64,000 bases of DNA from Escherichia coli (GCF_003018255.1 NZ_CP027440.1), one strand, 5' to 3'. Counted from the first letter of the stretch, positions 1 through 10,667 are shown. The notes: generated from the sequence alone by a model not told the origin. Program-made: numbers and translations.

Positions 1-843
<843 letters not shown>

Positions 844-846
844 CTA

Positions 847-868
847 AAACATAGCCTTTGCTATGTTT
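847..868. promoter_or_regulatory. Palindrome AAACATAGC-N4-GCTATGTTT upstream of mntH, consistent with the MntR operator
   Basis: Perfect inverted repeat seen in sequence 13 nt upstream of the mntH start; MntR-box assignment is from established knowledge of the mntH promoter. Confidence 0.5.
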
Positions 869-883
869 CATGCTATGTCAAAC

Positions 884-902
884 GAGAATGATTATCAAAT
901 TC
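884..902. promoter_or_regulatory. Fur-box-like site in mntH promoter region
   Basis: GAGAATGATTATCAAATTC matches about 14 of 19 positions of the Fur consensus GATAATGATAATCATTATC. Confidence 0.4.
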
Positions 903-1058
903 ATTTAAGTGGATTGTGATGATTTCTTTGATAGACCAGAATTATGACGACGAAAAGATTGATGACTTGAATGTTGTGATTATGTTTAATGTTAGCACAT
1001 TTACATAACTTTCAGCTTCCATACACAACATAGCAGAAATGTATGACAGCTCACTATT

Positions 1059-1074
1059 TTTGAAGCTTGTCACA
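1059..1074. promoter_or_regulatory. CRP-like half-site pair TTTGA-N6-TCACA upstream of nupC
   Basis: One mismatch to TGTGA-N6-TCACA; nupC is known to be CRP/CytR controlled; exact promoter geometry not resolved. Confidence 0.3.
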
Positions 1075-1169
1075 GGACGTCATTATAGTGTGTGTCAGAT
1101 CTCGTTTTCCTTAACCATGTTACATAGAATGTGCACGGAAATTTAACCTGCCTCATATTTGGAGCAAAT

Positions 1170-2372
1170 ATGGACCGCGTCCTTCATTTTGTACTGGCAC
1201 TTGCCGTTGTTGCGATTCTCGCACTGCTGGTAAGCAGCGACCGCAAAAAAATTCGTATCCGTTATGTTATTCAACTGCTTGTTATCGAAGTGTTACTGGC
1301 GTGGTTCTTCCTGAACTCCGACGTTGGTTTGGGCTTCGTGAAAGGCTTCTCCGAAATGTTTGAGAAACTGCTCGGATTTGCCAACGAAGGGACTAACTTC
1401 GTCTTTGGTAGCATGAATGATCAAGGCCTGGCATTCTTCTTCCTGAAAGTGCTGTGCCCAATCGTCTTTATCTCTGCGCTGATCGGTATTCTCCAGCACA
1501 TTCGCGTGTTGCCGGTGATTATCCGCGCAATTGGTTTCCTGCTCTCCAAAGTCAACGGTATGGGCAAACTGGAATCCTTTAACGCCGTCAGCTCCCTGAT
1601 TCTGGGTCAGTCTGAAAACTTTATTGCCTATAAAGATATCCTTGGCAAAATCTCCCGTAACCGTATGTACACCATGGCAGCAACGGCGATGTCCACCGTG
1701 TCGATGTCCATCGTTGGTGCATACATGACCATGCTGGAACCGAAATACGTCGTTGCAGCGCTGGTACTGAACATGTTCAGCACCTTTATCGTGCTGTCGC
1801 TGATCAACCCTTACCGTGTTGATGCCAGTGAAGAAAACATTCAGATGTCCAACCTGCACGAAGGTCAGAGCTTCTTCGAAATGCTGGGTGAATACATTCT
1901 GGCAGGTTTCAAAGTTGCCATTATCGTTGCCGCAATGCTGATCGGCTTTATCGCCCTGATCGCCGCGCTGAACGCACTGTTTGCTACCGTGACTGGCTGG
2001 TTTGGCTACAGCATCTCCTTCCAGGGCATCCTGGGCTACATCTTCTATCCGATTGCATGGGTGATGGGTGTTCCTTCCAGTGAAGCACTGCAAGTGGGCA
2101 GTATCATGGCGACCAAACTGGTTTCCAACGAGTTCGTTGCGATGATGGATCTGCAGAAAATTGCTTCCACGCTCTCTCCGCGTGCTGATGGCATCATCTC
2201 TGTGTTCCTGGTTTCCTTCGCTAACTTCTCATCAATCGGGATTATCGCAGGTGCAGTTAAAGGCCTGAATGAAGAGCAAGGTAACGTGGTTTCTCGCTTC
2301 GGTCTGAAACTGGTTTACGGCTCTACCCTGGTGAGTGTGCTGTCTGCGTCAATCGCAGCACTGGTGCTGTAA
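1170..2372 (+). CDS. nupC: Nucleoside:H+ symporter NupC (400 aa)
   Basis: ORF-track frame 1131..2372; start placed at ATG 1170 ([14 protein letters not shown]...) preceded by GGAG; CNT-family product recognised. Confidence 0.95.
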   Translation: MDRVLHFVLALAVVAILALLVSSDRKKIRIRYVIQLLVIEVLLAWFFLNSDVGLGFVKGFSEMFEKLLGFANEGTNFVFGSMNDQGLAFFFLKVLCPIVFISALIGILQHIRVLPVIIRAIGFLLSKVNGMGKLESFNAVSSLILGQSENFIAYKDILGKISRNRMYTMAATAMSTVSMSIVGAYMTMLEPKYVVAALVLNMFSTFIVLSLINPYRVDASEENIQMSNLHEGQSFFEMLGEYILAGFKVAIIVAAMLIGFIALIAALNALFATVTGWFGYSISFQGILGYIFYPIAWVMGVPSSEALQVGSIMATKLVSNEFVAMMDLQKIASTLSPRADGIISVFLVSFANFSSIGIIAGAVKGLNEEQGNVVSRFGLKLVYGSTLVSVLSASIAALVL

Positions 2373-2382
2373 GACCATACAT

Positions 2383-2413
2383 AAAAAAGCCGGGGATAAT
2401 TCCCCGGTTTTTT
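2383..2413. terminator. Bidirectional intrinsic terminator between nupC and pdeA
   Basis: A-run, stem CCGGGGA / TCCCCGG with loop TAAT, then T-run; lies between convergent stop codons at 2372 and 2421. Confidence 0.7.
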
Positions 2414-2420
2414 ACGCCTG

Positions 2421-4610
2421 TTAATCAGCTAATGGCTGCGGGCGACCAATCAAATACCCTTGCAGATATTGCACCCCGAGCTTATGCAATAGCGCCTGCT
2501 GCTGTTGCGTCTCGACAAACTCCGCGACCACACTCAATGACTTCGCTTTCGCCAGATCGGTAATTGATCTCACAATCATCGCATCCAGCGTGTTCGTGAC
2601 GATATCTTTCACAAAGACGCCATCAATTTTGATGATATCAGCCTGCAAACGCTTTAACCGTTCGTAGTTGGCATATCCGGTGCCAAAGTCATCAATCGCA
2701 ATCCGGAAACCAAACTTATGCAGCTGCTCGATGTTGTACATGCTGCTTTCTGCGTTAGAAAACGCCTGCTCCTCGGTGATCTCAAGAATGACTGCCTGCG
2801 GGGAGATGTGATAACGCTTAAACAGACGAATAATCCGCCCGGCAATATTCTTTTGCAGCAGCGTGAGCGGCATTAAATTGACTGAAAAGCGCGGGCCTTT
2901 TTTGTCGCAAGGATGTGTTGCCAGCCACTTCAACAGGGATTCCAGCACTTGCAAATCAAAACGCGCGCTAAGGTTAAACTGAGCAATAAGGGGCAGAAAC
3001 TTATCCGGGGTCATAATGCCGCCGTCATATTTCAGTCGCGCGAGGATCTCATCATAACCTTCACCCTCTTTGTTGCGAATTGGCTGGGCGTAGAGCAGCA
3101 AATCACCCTGATCTAACGCCGTACGAATGGTATTCAGCAATAGCACCTGTTTAGTGGTCTGCCCGGAAACCATCTCCTCTCTGCTATCCAGCGCCAGCAC
3201 ATGGTGATGTGCGCAGGATTGCTCCGCCAGCCAGCTTAACTGCCCCAACAAGGGTTGCAGGGTTTCCTGATTTCCATCAAAACGCCCCCAGGCAGCACCA
3301 TAGCCCATATCCAGCCCGGTATTGTTCCAGTGAATTTGCCGACTATTCAGGATGTTAACCATATGCTGGAGTCGCCCTTCCGTTTCCGGTCCACTCAGCA
3401 CTAACAGCAGTTCACTACCCGGCAATTGATACAACTTTTCGTTTTCCTGCATCAACGGCAGCAGCGTACGGTAAATTGATCGGATACAGTGAACGCGCAT
3501 CATTAAGCCGTAATGACGACTCATAAACTCAAGATTATCAATGCGCAGGCAGCAAAAACTCTTGCCCGCCTCTTGCTCCGGCGCTTGTTCTAACGCACGA
3601 AAGTTGGGTAGGAGCGTTAACGGATCGGTCAGCGCCTGCAAATGCCAGCGGCGATTAAGCCATTCACTGCGATGATAAATGCGCACCATATAGAGCAGGC
3701 AAACGCTAAAGGAAATCAGCACCGCGAGAATAAATGCCAGCGAATATTCGGTTAGTACCCCTTGCAAAAAGTTCTGGTTGTAATTCAGCAGGCAAAGCGT
3801 TGAAACAGCCCAGGTGAGATTTAAAAACGGATAGCGAAGCTTACCGACACCGAGGGTAAAGATGATAAAGAAAACAGGTACCAGATAACCAGCAATAAAG
3901 TCATTTTCATACGGTGTGCACATCAGAAGTAGCAGCACGCTAAGAGCTGCCAGCCAGCTTAAGGTAAATGCGCGTTTCTCTTTGCTCAACGACGGAGCGA
4001 TATCCCTACGCCACAATATCTGTGCAAAGTGGGGACTTACAATCATGCGGGCGAGATAGTAAAAAAGCATGTTGTAAATCAGCACTGCGGTGAAAAGGCT
4101 TAGCAAATCAACGACCGTGAAAATGGCATCCGCATCGCCGAAAAAGGTAGATATCTTTAGCGGAAAATCAAAGAAATTTCCCACAAGATACATGCTGCAT
4201 TTGATGCCAATCGGCGCCACCAAACCAAGCCAGAAAAGACGTTGCCAGACATATCGGCTGGTCAATCCATAACGCCAACGCGTCCCCAGCTGCCAGCGTA
4301 ATATTGCGCAGGCACACAACACCACAAACGTCTGGCTGCCGAGCATGACCGCGGTCTGTAAAAAAGAGAGATGAAAGTTCCACAGATTGGTGCAAAACAT
4401 CCCGCATAAAACGGGGACGACACCGCGCCAGCCAAAGATAAACAAGATTGACAGCATTACGCACAGTGGCATCCACGCCAGAAAGATATAACTGGAGTGG
4501 ATAATGGCAAGTGGCGAAATAAAACGGGATAGCTGAATAAGTACCACGGTGAGCGTAAACGCTAGTGTGAATATCTTGATATTTTTTATCAGGTTATGCT
4601 CCACAAACAT
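2421..4610 (-). CDS. pdeA: c-di-GMP phosphodiesterase PdeA (YfeA): MASE1 membrane domain, degenerate GGDEF, EAL domain (729 aa)
   Basis: ORF-track 749-aa frame; start moved to internal ATG 4610 (MFVEHNLIK...); C-terminal EAL signatures YDEILARL and DDFGTGYA present, no GG(D/E)EF motif found. Confidence 0.88.
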   Translation of the reverse strand: MFVEHNLIKNIKIFTLAFTLTVVLIQLSRFISPLAIIHSSYIFLAWMPLCVMLSILFIFGWRGVVPVLCGMFCTNLWNFHLSFLQTAVMLGSQTFVVLCACAILRWQLGTRWRYGLTSRYVWQRLFWLGLVAPIGIKCSMYLVGNFFDFPLKISTFFGDADAIFTVVDLLSLFTAVLIYNMLFYYLARMIVSPHFAQILWRRDIAPSLSKEKRAFTLSWLAALSVLLLLMCTPYENDFIAGYLVPVFFIIFTLGVGKLRYPFLNLTWAVSTLCLLNYNQNFLQGVLTEYSLAFILAVLISFSVCLLYMVRIYHRSEWLNRRWHLQALTDPLTLLPNFRALEQAPEQEAGKSFCCLRIDNLEFMSRHYGLMMRVHCIRSIYRTLLPLMQENEKLYQLPGSELLLVLSGPETEGRLQHMVNILNSRQIHWNNTGLDMGYGAAWGRFDGNQETLQPLLGQLSWLAEQSCAHHHVLALDSREEMVSGQTTKQVLLLNTIRTALDQGDLLLYAQPIRNKEGEGYDEILARLKYDGGIMTPDKFLPLIAQFNLSARFDLQVLESLLKWLATHPCDKKGPRFSVNLMPLTLLQKNIAGRIIRLFKRYHISPQAVILEITEEQAFSNAESSMYNIEQLHKFGFRIAIDDFGTGYANYERLKRLQADIIKIDGVFVKDIVTNTLDAMIVRSITDLAKAKSLSVVAEFVETQQQQALLHKLGVQYLQGYLIGRPQPLAD

Positions 4611-4781
4611 GAGTACACTACTCTCACTGATCGGGGTTTTCAGGCACACAAATAATAAGTTTATTCGCATCGCGAAGCAAACAGGGGCCAGCCTGTTGCC
4701 GATTTTTCATCCAATGATGCTTTCACCAGGCGGCGCTAACCCGGACGTAGACTGTATTACAAAAGCGGCAAAAAGCAGAGA

Positions 4782-4812
4782 CAAAAAACCCCCGCTTTAC
4801 AGCGAGGGTTTG
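4782..4812 (-). terminator. Intrinsic terminator downstream of alaX
   Basis: On the minus strand, stem CCCTCGC / GCGGGGG (one G-U pair) followed by TTTTTT, immediately 3' of the tRNA. Confidence 0.5.
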
Positions 4813-4817
4813 AAATT

Positions 4818-4893
<76 letters not shown>

Positions 4894-4932
4894 ACGATGC
4901 GTTTACGTACCAAATTTGCTGGGTGCAAAATT

Positions 4933-5008
<76 letters not shown>

Positions 5009-5040
5009 ATCACGTAAAGCTTGTCGAGTTGACGGGCGGC

Positions 5041-5069
5041 ATCATATGAATTCCGCCCGAATGTGTCAA
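5041..5069 (-). promoter_or_regulatory. Sigma70 promoter of the alaW-alaX tRNA operon
   Basis: Minus strand TTGACA-N17-TATGAT followed by GC-rich discriminator GCCGCCCG, about 30 nt upstream of the alaW 5' end. Confidence 0.6.
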
Positions 5070-5243
5070 CGGCAAATTGCCACGTGTAGTTTCAATCGCT
5101 GAAAAATCAGGCAAATGAACAATTTTGGAAAACCGCTCGCATTCAGTAGTTATTCATGTCACGGTTTCCTGTAAAGTGGTGTTATAAAATGAACTACTAA
5201 TAGACCCACATACATTCAGGGAATTGTTATGTTCAAGGAGAGG

Positions 5244-5588
5244 ATGACGCCAGATGAACTTGCCAGACTGACCGGCTATAGCCGCCAGACCATTAATAAA
5301 TGGGTACGCAAGGAAGGCTGGACAACGTCACCAAAACCAGGCGTCCAGGGTGGCAAAGCTCGACTGGTTCACGTCAATGAACAGGTTCGTGAATATATTC
5401 GCAATGCTGAACGTCCAGAAGGTCAGGGAGAAGCGCCAGCCCTTTCTGGTGATGCGCCGCTTGAAGTGTTGCTGGTGACACTGGCGAAAGAGATGACGCC
5501 AGTTGAACAAAAACAGTTTACATCCTTGCTTCTGCGGGAAGGGATTATCGGATTGTTACAACGCTTAGGGATTCGCGATAGCAAATAA
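5244..5588 (+). CDS. yfeC: Putative DNA-binding protein YfeC (114 aa)
   Basis: ORF-track frame 5229..5588; start placed at ATG 5244 (MTPDELARL...) after AGGAGAGG; paralogous to the adjacent YfeD. Confidence 0.85.
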   Translation: MTPDELARLTGYSRQTINKWVRKEGWTTSPKPGVQGGKARLVHVNEQVREYIRNAERPEGQGEAPALSGDAPLEVLLVTLAKEMTPVEQKQFTSLLLREGIIGLLQRLGIRDSK

Positions 5589-5589
5589 T

Positions 5590-5982
5590 ATGAAAAGATT
5601 ACGCAATAAAATGACCACCGAAGAACTGGCTGAATGCCTCGGTGTGGCTAAACAAACTGTTAACCGTTGGATCAGAGAAAAAGGCTGGAAAACGGAAAAA
5701 TTTCCCGGCGTGAAAGGCGGTCGTGCCAGACTTATTCTGGTCGATACGCAAGTTTGCGAGTTTATTCAGAACACGCCAGCCTTCCATAACACACCGATGC
5801 TTCTGGAAGCCGAAGAACCCCTTGCCGAATACGCACCGGGTATTCGCACTCCTGCTTATCGGCAAATCATCAGCGCAATAGACAACATGACTCACAGTGA
5901 GCAGGAAAAAGTTGCGCAATTTTTGTCACGCGAAGGAATTCGTAATTTCCTTGCTCGTCTCGACATAGATGAATCAGAATAA
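5590..5982 (+). CDS. yfeD: Putative DNA-binding protein YfeD (130 aa)
   Basis: ORF-track 5590..5982; N-terminal half alignable with YfeC; starts 1 nt after the yfeC stop. Confidence 0.85.
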   Translation: MKRLRNKMTTEELAECLGVAKQTVNRWIREKGWKTEKFPGVKGGRARLILVDTQVCEFIQNTPAFHNTPMLLEAEEPLAEYAPGIRTPAYRQIISAIDNMTHSEQEKVAQFLSREGIRNFLARLDIDESE

Positions 5983-5984
5983 AT

Positions 5985-6024
5985 AAAAAACGGCAGGGGT
6001 ATCTCTCCTGCCGTTTATCTTTTA
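5985..6024. terminator. Bidirectional intrinsic terminator between yfeD and gltX
   Basis: A-run, stem CGGCAGG / CCTGCCG, then TTTATCTTTT; between convergent stops at 5982 and 6033. Confidence 0.7.
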
Positions 6025-6032
6025 TGCGCTAA

Positions 6033-7448
6033 TTATTGCTGATTTTCGCGTTCAGCAATAAAAGCCAGCGCTTTGTTGATACGCTCGATACTGCGGGTCT
6101 TACCGATTGCGTGAACGGTAACATCCAGCGCCGGAGACTGCCCCGCACCGGTTACGGCGACACGCAGCGGCATACCAACTTTACCCATACCCACTTCCAG
6201 CTCATCCGCCGTCGCCTGAATAGCGTGATGAACGTTTTCAGCGGTCCAGTCAGTAATCGCAGTCAGTTTGTCACGAACCACTTCCAGCGGCTGACGCGCT
6301 ACCGGACGCAGATGTTTTTTCGCGGCGTCGGCATCGAACTCAGCAAAATCTTCGTAGAAATAACGGCAGCTCTGTGCCATCTCTTTCAGCGTCTTGCAGC
6401 GTTCGCCCAGCAGTTTCACCAGATCAGCCAGCTGCGGGCCGTTACGGGTATCGATATTTTCCTGCTCAATGTGCCATTGTAAGTGAGTAGCAACATACTC
6501 CGGCGGCAGCGCGTTAATGTAGTGATGGTTCAGCCACAGCAGCTTGTCGGTGTTGAACGCACTGGCAGATTTGCTGACGGCATTCAGAGTGAAGTATTTG
6601 ATCATCTCTTCACGAGTGAAGATTTCCTGATCGCCGTGGGACCAGCCCAGACGCACCAGATAGTTCAGCAGTGCTTCTGGCAAATAACCGTCATCACGAT
6701 ACTGCATTACGCTGACCGCCCCGTGACGTTTGGACAGTTTTTTACCGTCATCGCCGTTGATCATAGAAACGTGCGCGTAAACCGGTACCGGCGCTTTCAG
6801 GGCTTTAAGAATGTTGATCTGGCGCGGCGTGTTGTTGATATGGTCTTCGCCACGGATAACATGGGTGATTTCCATATCCCAGTCATCAACAACCACACAG
6901 AAGTTATAGGTTGGGGAACCATCGGTACGGCGAATGATCAGATCATCCAGCTCCTGGTTGCTGAACTCAATCGGGCCACGGATCTGATCGTCAAAAACAA
7001 CAGAACCTTCCTGCGGGTTAGCAAAACGTACAACGCACGGTTCATCATCAGCATGATGCTCATGGCTGTGGCGGCAGCGACCGTCATAACGCGGCTTCTC
7101 ACCTTTCGCCATTTGCTCTTCGCGCAGCGCTTCCAGGCGCTCTTTAGAACAATAGCATTTATAAGCTGTGCCCTCTTCCAGCATCTGATCGATCACCGCG
7201 TTGTAGCGATCAAAACGTTTGGTCTGGTAGTACGGACCTTCATCCCACTCCAGGCTCAGCCAGTTCATGCCATCCATAATGGCTTCGATAGCTTCCGGCG
7301 TGGAACGCTCAAGATCGGTGTCTTCAATACGCAGCACGAACTCACCGCCGTGGTTACGTGCAAAAAGCCAGGAGTAAAGAGCAGTACGCGCGCCGCCAAC
7401 GTGCAGATAGCCTGTTGGGCTTGGCGCGAAGCGAGTTTTGATTTTCAT
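6033..7448 (-). CDS. gltX: Glutamyl-tRNA synthetase (471 aa)
   Basis: ORF-track; [31 protein letters not shown]... with class I HVGG motif. Confidence 0.97.
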
Positions 7449-7661
7449 GAAATGGCCTTACGTTTAGAAAGATGCCGACAACCGGCAAATCCTGGAAAAA
7501 TTGAGTGGGCGATATTCTATCACTCCCGCCTGATTCCTCAATGTAGTTCGGGTTGCAACCTTACGCATTATTGTTTTCGTTGACAAATTGCGCAACACGG
7601 TCTGTTTTGCGATCATCTTGCTTAAATTTACGACGAACGAACAATTTCTTTAGAAAATGCG

Positions 7662-7689
7662 TTGACTCATTTTGAACTCTCCCTATAAT
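7662..7689 (+). promoter_or_regulatory. Sigma70 promoter of the valU-valX-valY-lysV tRNA operon
   Basis: TTGACT-N16-TATAAT with AT-rich upstream region; -10 ends 17 nt before the first tRNA. Confidence 0.65.
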
Positions 7690-7706
7690 GCGACTCCACA
7701 CAGCGG

Positions 7707-7782
7707 GGGTGATTAGCTCAGCTGGGAGAGCACCTCCCTTACAAGGAGGGGGTCGGCGGTTCGATCCCGTCATCACCCACCA
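7707..7782 (+). tRNA. valU: tRNA-Val (UAC)
   Basis: GGGTGATTAGCTCAGCTGGGAGAGCACCTCCCTTACAAGGAGGGGGTCGGCGGTTCGATCCCGTCATCACCCACCA, 76 nt. Confidence 0.95.
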
Positions 7783-7826
7783 ACTACTTTATGTAGTCTC
7801 CGCCGTGTAGCAAGAAATTGAGAAGT

Positions 7827-7902
7827 GGGTGATTAGCTCAGCTGGGAGAGCACCTCCCTTACAAGGAGGGGGTCGGCGGTTCGATCCCGTCATCACCCAC
7901 CA
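7827..7902 (+). tRNA. valX: tRNA-Val (UAC), copy 2
   Basis: Identical 76-nt sequence. Confidence 0.95.
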
Positions 7903-7948
7903 CTTTCTCGCCAGCTAGATTTCTTGTAACAATGTGAAGTACCGAAGT

Positions 7949-8024
7949 GGGTGATTAGCTCAGCTGGGAGAGCACCTCCCTTACAAGGAGGGGGTCGGCG
8001 GTTCGATCCCGTCATCACCCACCA
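7949..8024 (+). tRNA. valY: tRNA-Val (UAC), copy 3
   Basis: Identical 76-nt sequence. Confidence 0.95.
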
Positions 8025-8028
8025 CTTC

Positions 8029-8104
8029 GGGTCGTTAGCTCAGTTGGTAGAGCAGTTGACTTTTAATCAATTGGTCGCAGGTTCGAATCCTGCACGACCC
8101 ACCA
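8029..8104 (+). tRNA. lysV: tRNA-Lys (UUU)
   Basis: GGGTCGTTAGCTCAGTTGGTAGAGCAGTTGACTTTTAATCAATTGGTCGCAGGTTCGAATCCTGCACGACCCACCA, 76 nt, 4 nt after valY. Confidence 0.95.
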
Positions 8105-8110
8105 ATGTAA

Positions 8111-8136
8111 AAAAGCGCCCTAAAGGCGCTTTTTTG
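8111..8136 (+). terminator. Intrinsic terminator of the val/lys tRNA operon
   Basis: Stem AGCGCC / GGCGCT with loop CTAAA followed by TTTTTT. Confidence 0.75.
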
Positions 8137-8214
8137 CTATCTGCAATTTGCGAAATTGCCTGATGCGCTTCGCTTATCAGACCAACTATGTCCGGCAGTT
8201 CCCGTGCCTCTCAT

Positions 8215-9099
8215 CTACTGCGCCAACGCCGCCAGCAGTTTAACCAGCGCGGGCGTCACCTGCTGCGTTTCATAAACAATATATAAGTCTGCCGGGATGC
8301 GTTCTTTGAGCGGACGGAATATGACACCGGGCCAGTTCATCTGCGCGTAGCTGTCCGCTATCAATGTGATACCAATACCCATACTGACCATGGCGAGTAC
8401 CGTTTGCGGTTCATTAACTTCGCGAATAACAACCGGTGAAAATCCCACCTGCTGGCAAACTCGCTGCAAAAAATCCCAGTCAGTGTACACGGGCGGCATT
8501 GTAACGAAATACTCGTCACGTAGCGCTTCCAGCGGGACGGTGGAAAATGATGAGAGATGATGCTCTTCAGGCATCGCCACCAGAAACGCCGATTCATGCA
8601 ACCGTAAGCTGGTAAAACCAGTCGGTGGTTCTGTCGCCATTCGCCAGATCCCGGCATCAAGTTCGCGGCGTTCCAGCAAGGCCATTTGCATCGCAGGCAT
8701 CTTTTCGCGAAACAGAACTTCAACGTTAGGATTTTCTCTAAGGAATCGCCGCATAACCGGGCGCATCCGTCCCCACATTGCCGTTCCCACAACCCCGAGT
8801 TCAATCCGCCCTGCTTCTCCCCGACCTATTTGTTCAACCCGAGCCAATACATTATTTGCATTCACCAACAATCGACGCGATTCTTCCATCAAGATTTTGC
8901 CCGCGTGTGTCAGTACGACGCTGCGCGAATGGCGAATAAAAAGCTGCGTGCCGAGTTGATTTTCCAGCTCTTTAATATGAATGCTGAGCGGAGGCTGAGA
9001 CATATTTAAACGCGCTGCTGCGCGACCAAAATGCAACTCTTCCGCTACGGCAAGAAAATAACGGAGCAACTTAAGATCTGTTCTGTATACGCGTTCCAT
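8215..9099 (-). CDS. xapR: LysR-family activator of the xanthosine operon, XapR (294 aa)
   Basis: ORF-track frame 8215..9114; start placed at ATG 9099 (MERVYRTDLKLLRYFLAVAEELHFGRAAARL...); N-terminal HTH. Confidence 0.9.
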   Translation of the reverse strand: MERVYRTDLKLLRYFLAVAEELHFGRAAARLNMSQPPLSIHIKELENQLGTQLFIRHSRSVVLTHAGKILMEESRRLLVNANNVLARVEQIGRGEAGRIELGVVGTAMWGRMRPVMRRFLRENPNVEVLFREKMPAMQMALLERRELDAGIWRMATEPPTGFTSLRLHESAFLVAMPEEHHLSSFSTVPLEALRDEYFVTMPPVYTDWDFLQRVCQQVGFSPVVIREVNEPQTVLAMVSMGIGITLIADSYAQMNWPGVIFRPLKERIPADLYIVYETQQVTPALVKLLAALAQ

Positions 9100-9139
9100 A
9101 ATTAAGTGCTCCATATAATAAATACATCGTATTAAATTA

Positions 9140-9298
9140 TCATGGCATAAAGTATTTCACCACCAGATATCCGACATACATAAACACAATGGATAATATA
9201 CCCGGCAATACATTTGGAACAGGAATAGGTAATCGCACGATTGTAAACAAAGCACCAATGCCAAAACCAACGCCAGAAGAAAATAAAATATCTTTCAC
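9140..9298 (-). CDS. Candidate unannotated small ORF (52 codons, GTG start), hydrophobic peptide
   Basis: Below the 60-aa ORF-track cutoff; read by hand: MKDILFSSGVGFGIGALFTIVRLPIPVPNVLPGILSIVFMYVGYLVVKYFMP; AGG 7 nt upstream of GTG; in-frame TAA two codons upstream; AT-rich so could be chance. Confidence 0.15.
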   Translation of the reverse strand: MKDILFSSGVGFGIGALFTIVRLPIPVPNVLPGILSIVFMYVGYLVVKYFMP

Positions 9299-9350
9299 TA
9301 ATTAACCTTTATCATAAAAGCAGCCCCAAGGAACAGAGCTGCGAATCCTT

Positions 9351-10607
9351 TTAATGTGTAACTGAACGATGCGTTATCTTTTCAGGGTCATGGTTATATT
9401 TAAACCCAAAGAAAAATATCACTGCGAGGAAAAGAGCATACCCTGCAAACATCAGCCAAATGGTATGCCAATCTTTTACGCCATCCACCGAGAAGTAATC
9501 CACTGCCATACCGCTCAGAATCGAGCCAACCCATGCGCCGACGCCATTTACCATCGTCATAAAAAGGCCCTGGGCGCTGGCACGAATGCTGGAATCAACT
9601 TCCTGTTCGACAAAGACCGAACCAGAAATATTGAAGAAATCGAATGCACAACCGTAAACAATCATCGACAGCAACAGCAAAATAAACCCGGTTGGTGATG
9701 GATCGCCATAGGCAAAGAAGCCAAAGCGCAGCGTCCACGCCACCATACTCATCAGCATGACGGTTTTAATACCGAAACGCTTCAAAAAGAACGGTATCGT
9801 CAGAATGAAACCGACTTCAGCCATCTGTGAAACTGACAGTAAAATGGACGGGTATTTCACCACGAAGCTATCAGCAAACTCAGGATTACGGGCGAAATCA
9901 TGCAGGAACGGGTTGCCAAAAACGTTGGTAATTTGCAGCACCGCACCCAGCATCATGGCGAAGAGGAAAAAGATAGCCATGCGTGGATTTTTAAACAGCA
10001 CGAAGGCATCCAGACCCAGCTTGCTGGCAAGCGATGTAGTCGCTTTTTTCTCCGCAACCGGAATCTTCGGCAAAGTCAGCGCATAAGCCGACAGCAGCAA
10101 TGACGCACCGGACGCGATATACAGCTGCAGACTACTCAATTCCAGATGCAGCAGGCTTACTGCCCACATGGCGACAATGAACCCCACCGTACCAAAAACG
10201 CGAATGGGCGGGAAAGCGGTCACCGGGTCAAGCCCTGCCTGGGCAAGACAGGAATAAGAGACGCTGTTCGATAACGCAATAGTCGGCATAAACGCCATCG
10301 CATTGACTAACATCACCCAAAACATCATATCCGGATCAGTTACGGATGCCGCATAAAAAAGTACGCCCGCACACACCAGGTGACACAGCATGTATGCACG
10401 TTCTGCACGCAGCCATTTGTCTGCGATGATCCCCATTATACCAGGCATAATAATCGCGGCGATCCCTTTGGAACTGTAAACCATGCCAACATTAGCGCCG
10501 GTGAAATGAAGGGTATTAATCATGTAAGAACCGAGGGTAACCAGCCAGCTCCCCCAGATAAAATATTGCAAAAAGGACATTACCTTTAAGCGCAAAGCGA
10601 TGCTCAT
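9351..10607 (-). CDS. xapB: Xanthosine:H+ symporter XapB (418 aa)
   Basis: ORF-track; multi-pass membrane protein MSIALRLKVMSFLQYFIWGSW..., paralogous to NupG-type transporters. Confidence 0.9.
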   Translation of the reverse strand: MSIALRLKVMSFLQYFIWGSWLVTLGSYMINTLHFTGANVGMVYSSKGIAAIIMPGIMGIIADKWLRAERAYMLCHLVCAGVLFYAASVTDPDMMFWVMLVNAMAFMPTIALSNSVSYSCLAQAGLDPVTAFPPIRVFGTVGFIVAMWAVSLLHLELSSLQLYIASGASLLLSAYALTLPKIPVAEKKATTSLASKLGLDAFVLFKNPRMAIFFLFAMMLGAVLQITNVFGNPFLHDFARNPEFADSFVVKYPSILLSVSQMAEVGFILTIPFFLKRFGIKTVMLMSMVAWTLRFGFFAYGDPSPTGFILLLLSMIVYGCAFDFFNISGSVFVEQEVDSSIRASAQGLFMTMVNGVGAWVGSILSGMAVDYFSVDGVKDWHTIWLMFAGYALFLAVIFFFGFKYNHDPEKITHRSVTH

Positions 10608-10667
10608 AATCGTTTCCTTGTCGCATCATATGGCCTCACTCAGTAAGGCCGTTTATTGTTGTTTTAC

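Noticed and set aside
1293-2093. 266-aa minus-strand ORF inside nupC
   Set aside because: Antisense to the unambiguous nupC coding frame; H/Q/G-rich low-complexity translation.
6483-7583. 366-aa ORF on the plus strand
   Set aside because: Lies antisense to gltX and overlaps most of it; no recognisable protein features; typical long antisense frame opposite a well-conserved gene.
7951-8163. 70-aa plus-strand ORF
   Set aside because: Overlaps valY and lysV tRNA genes entirely.
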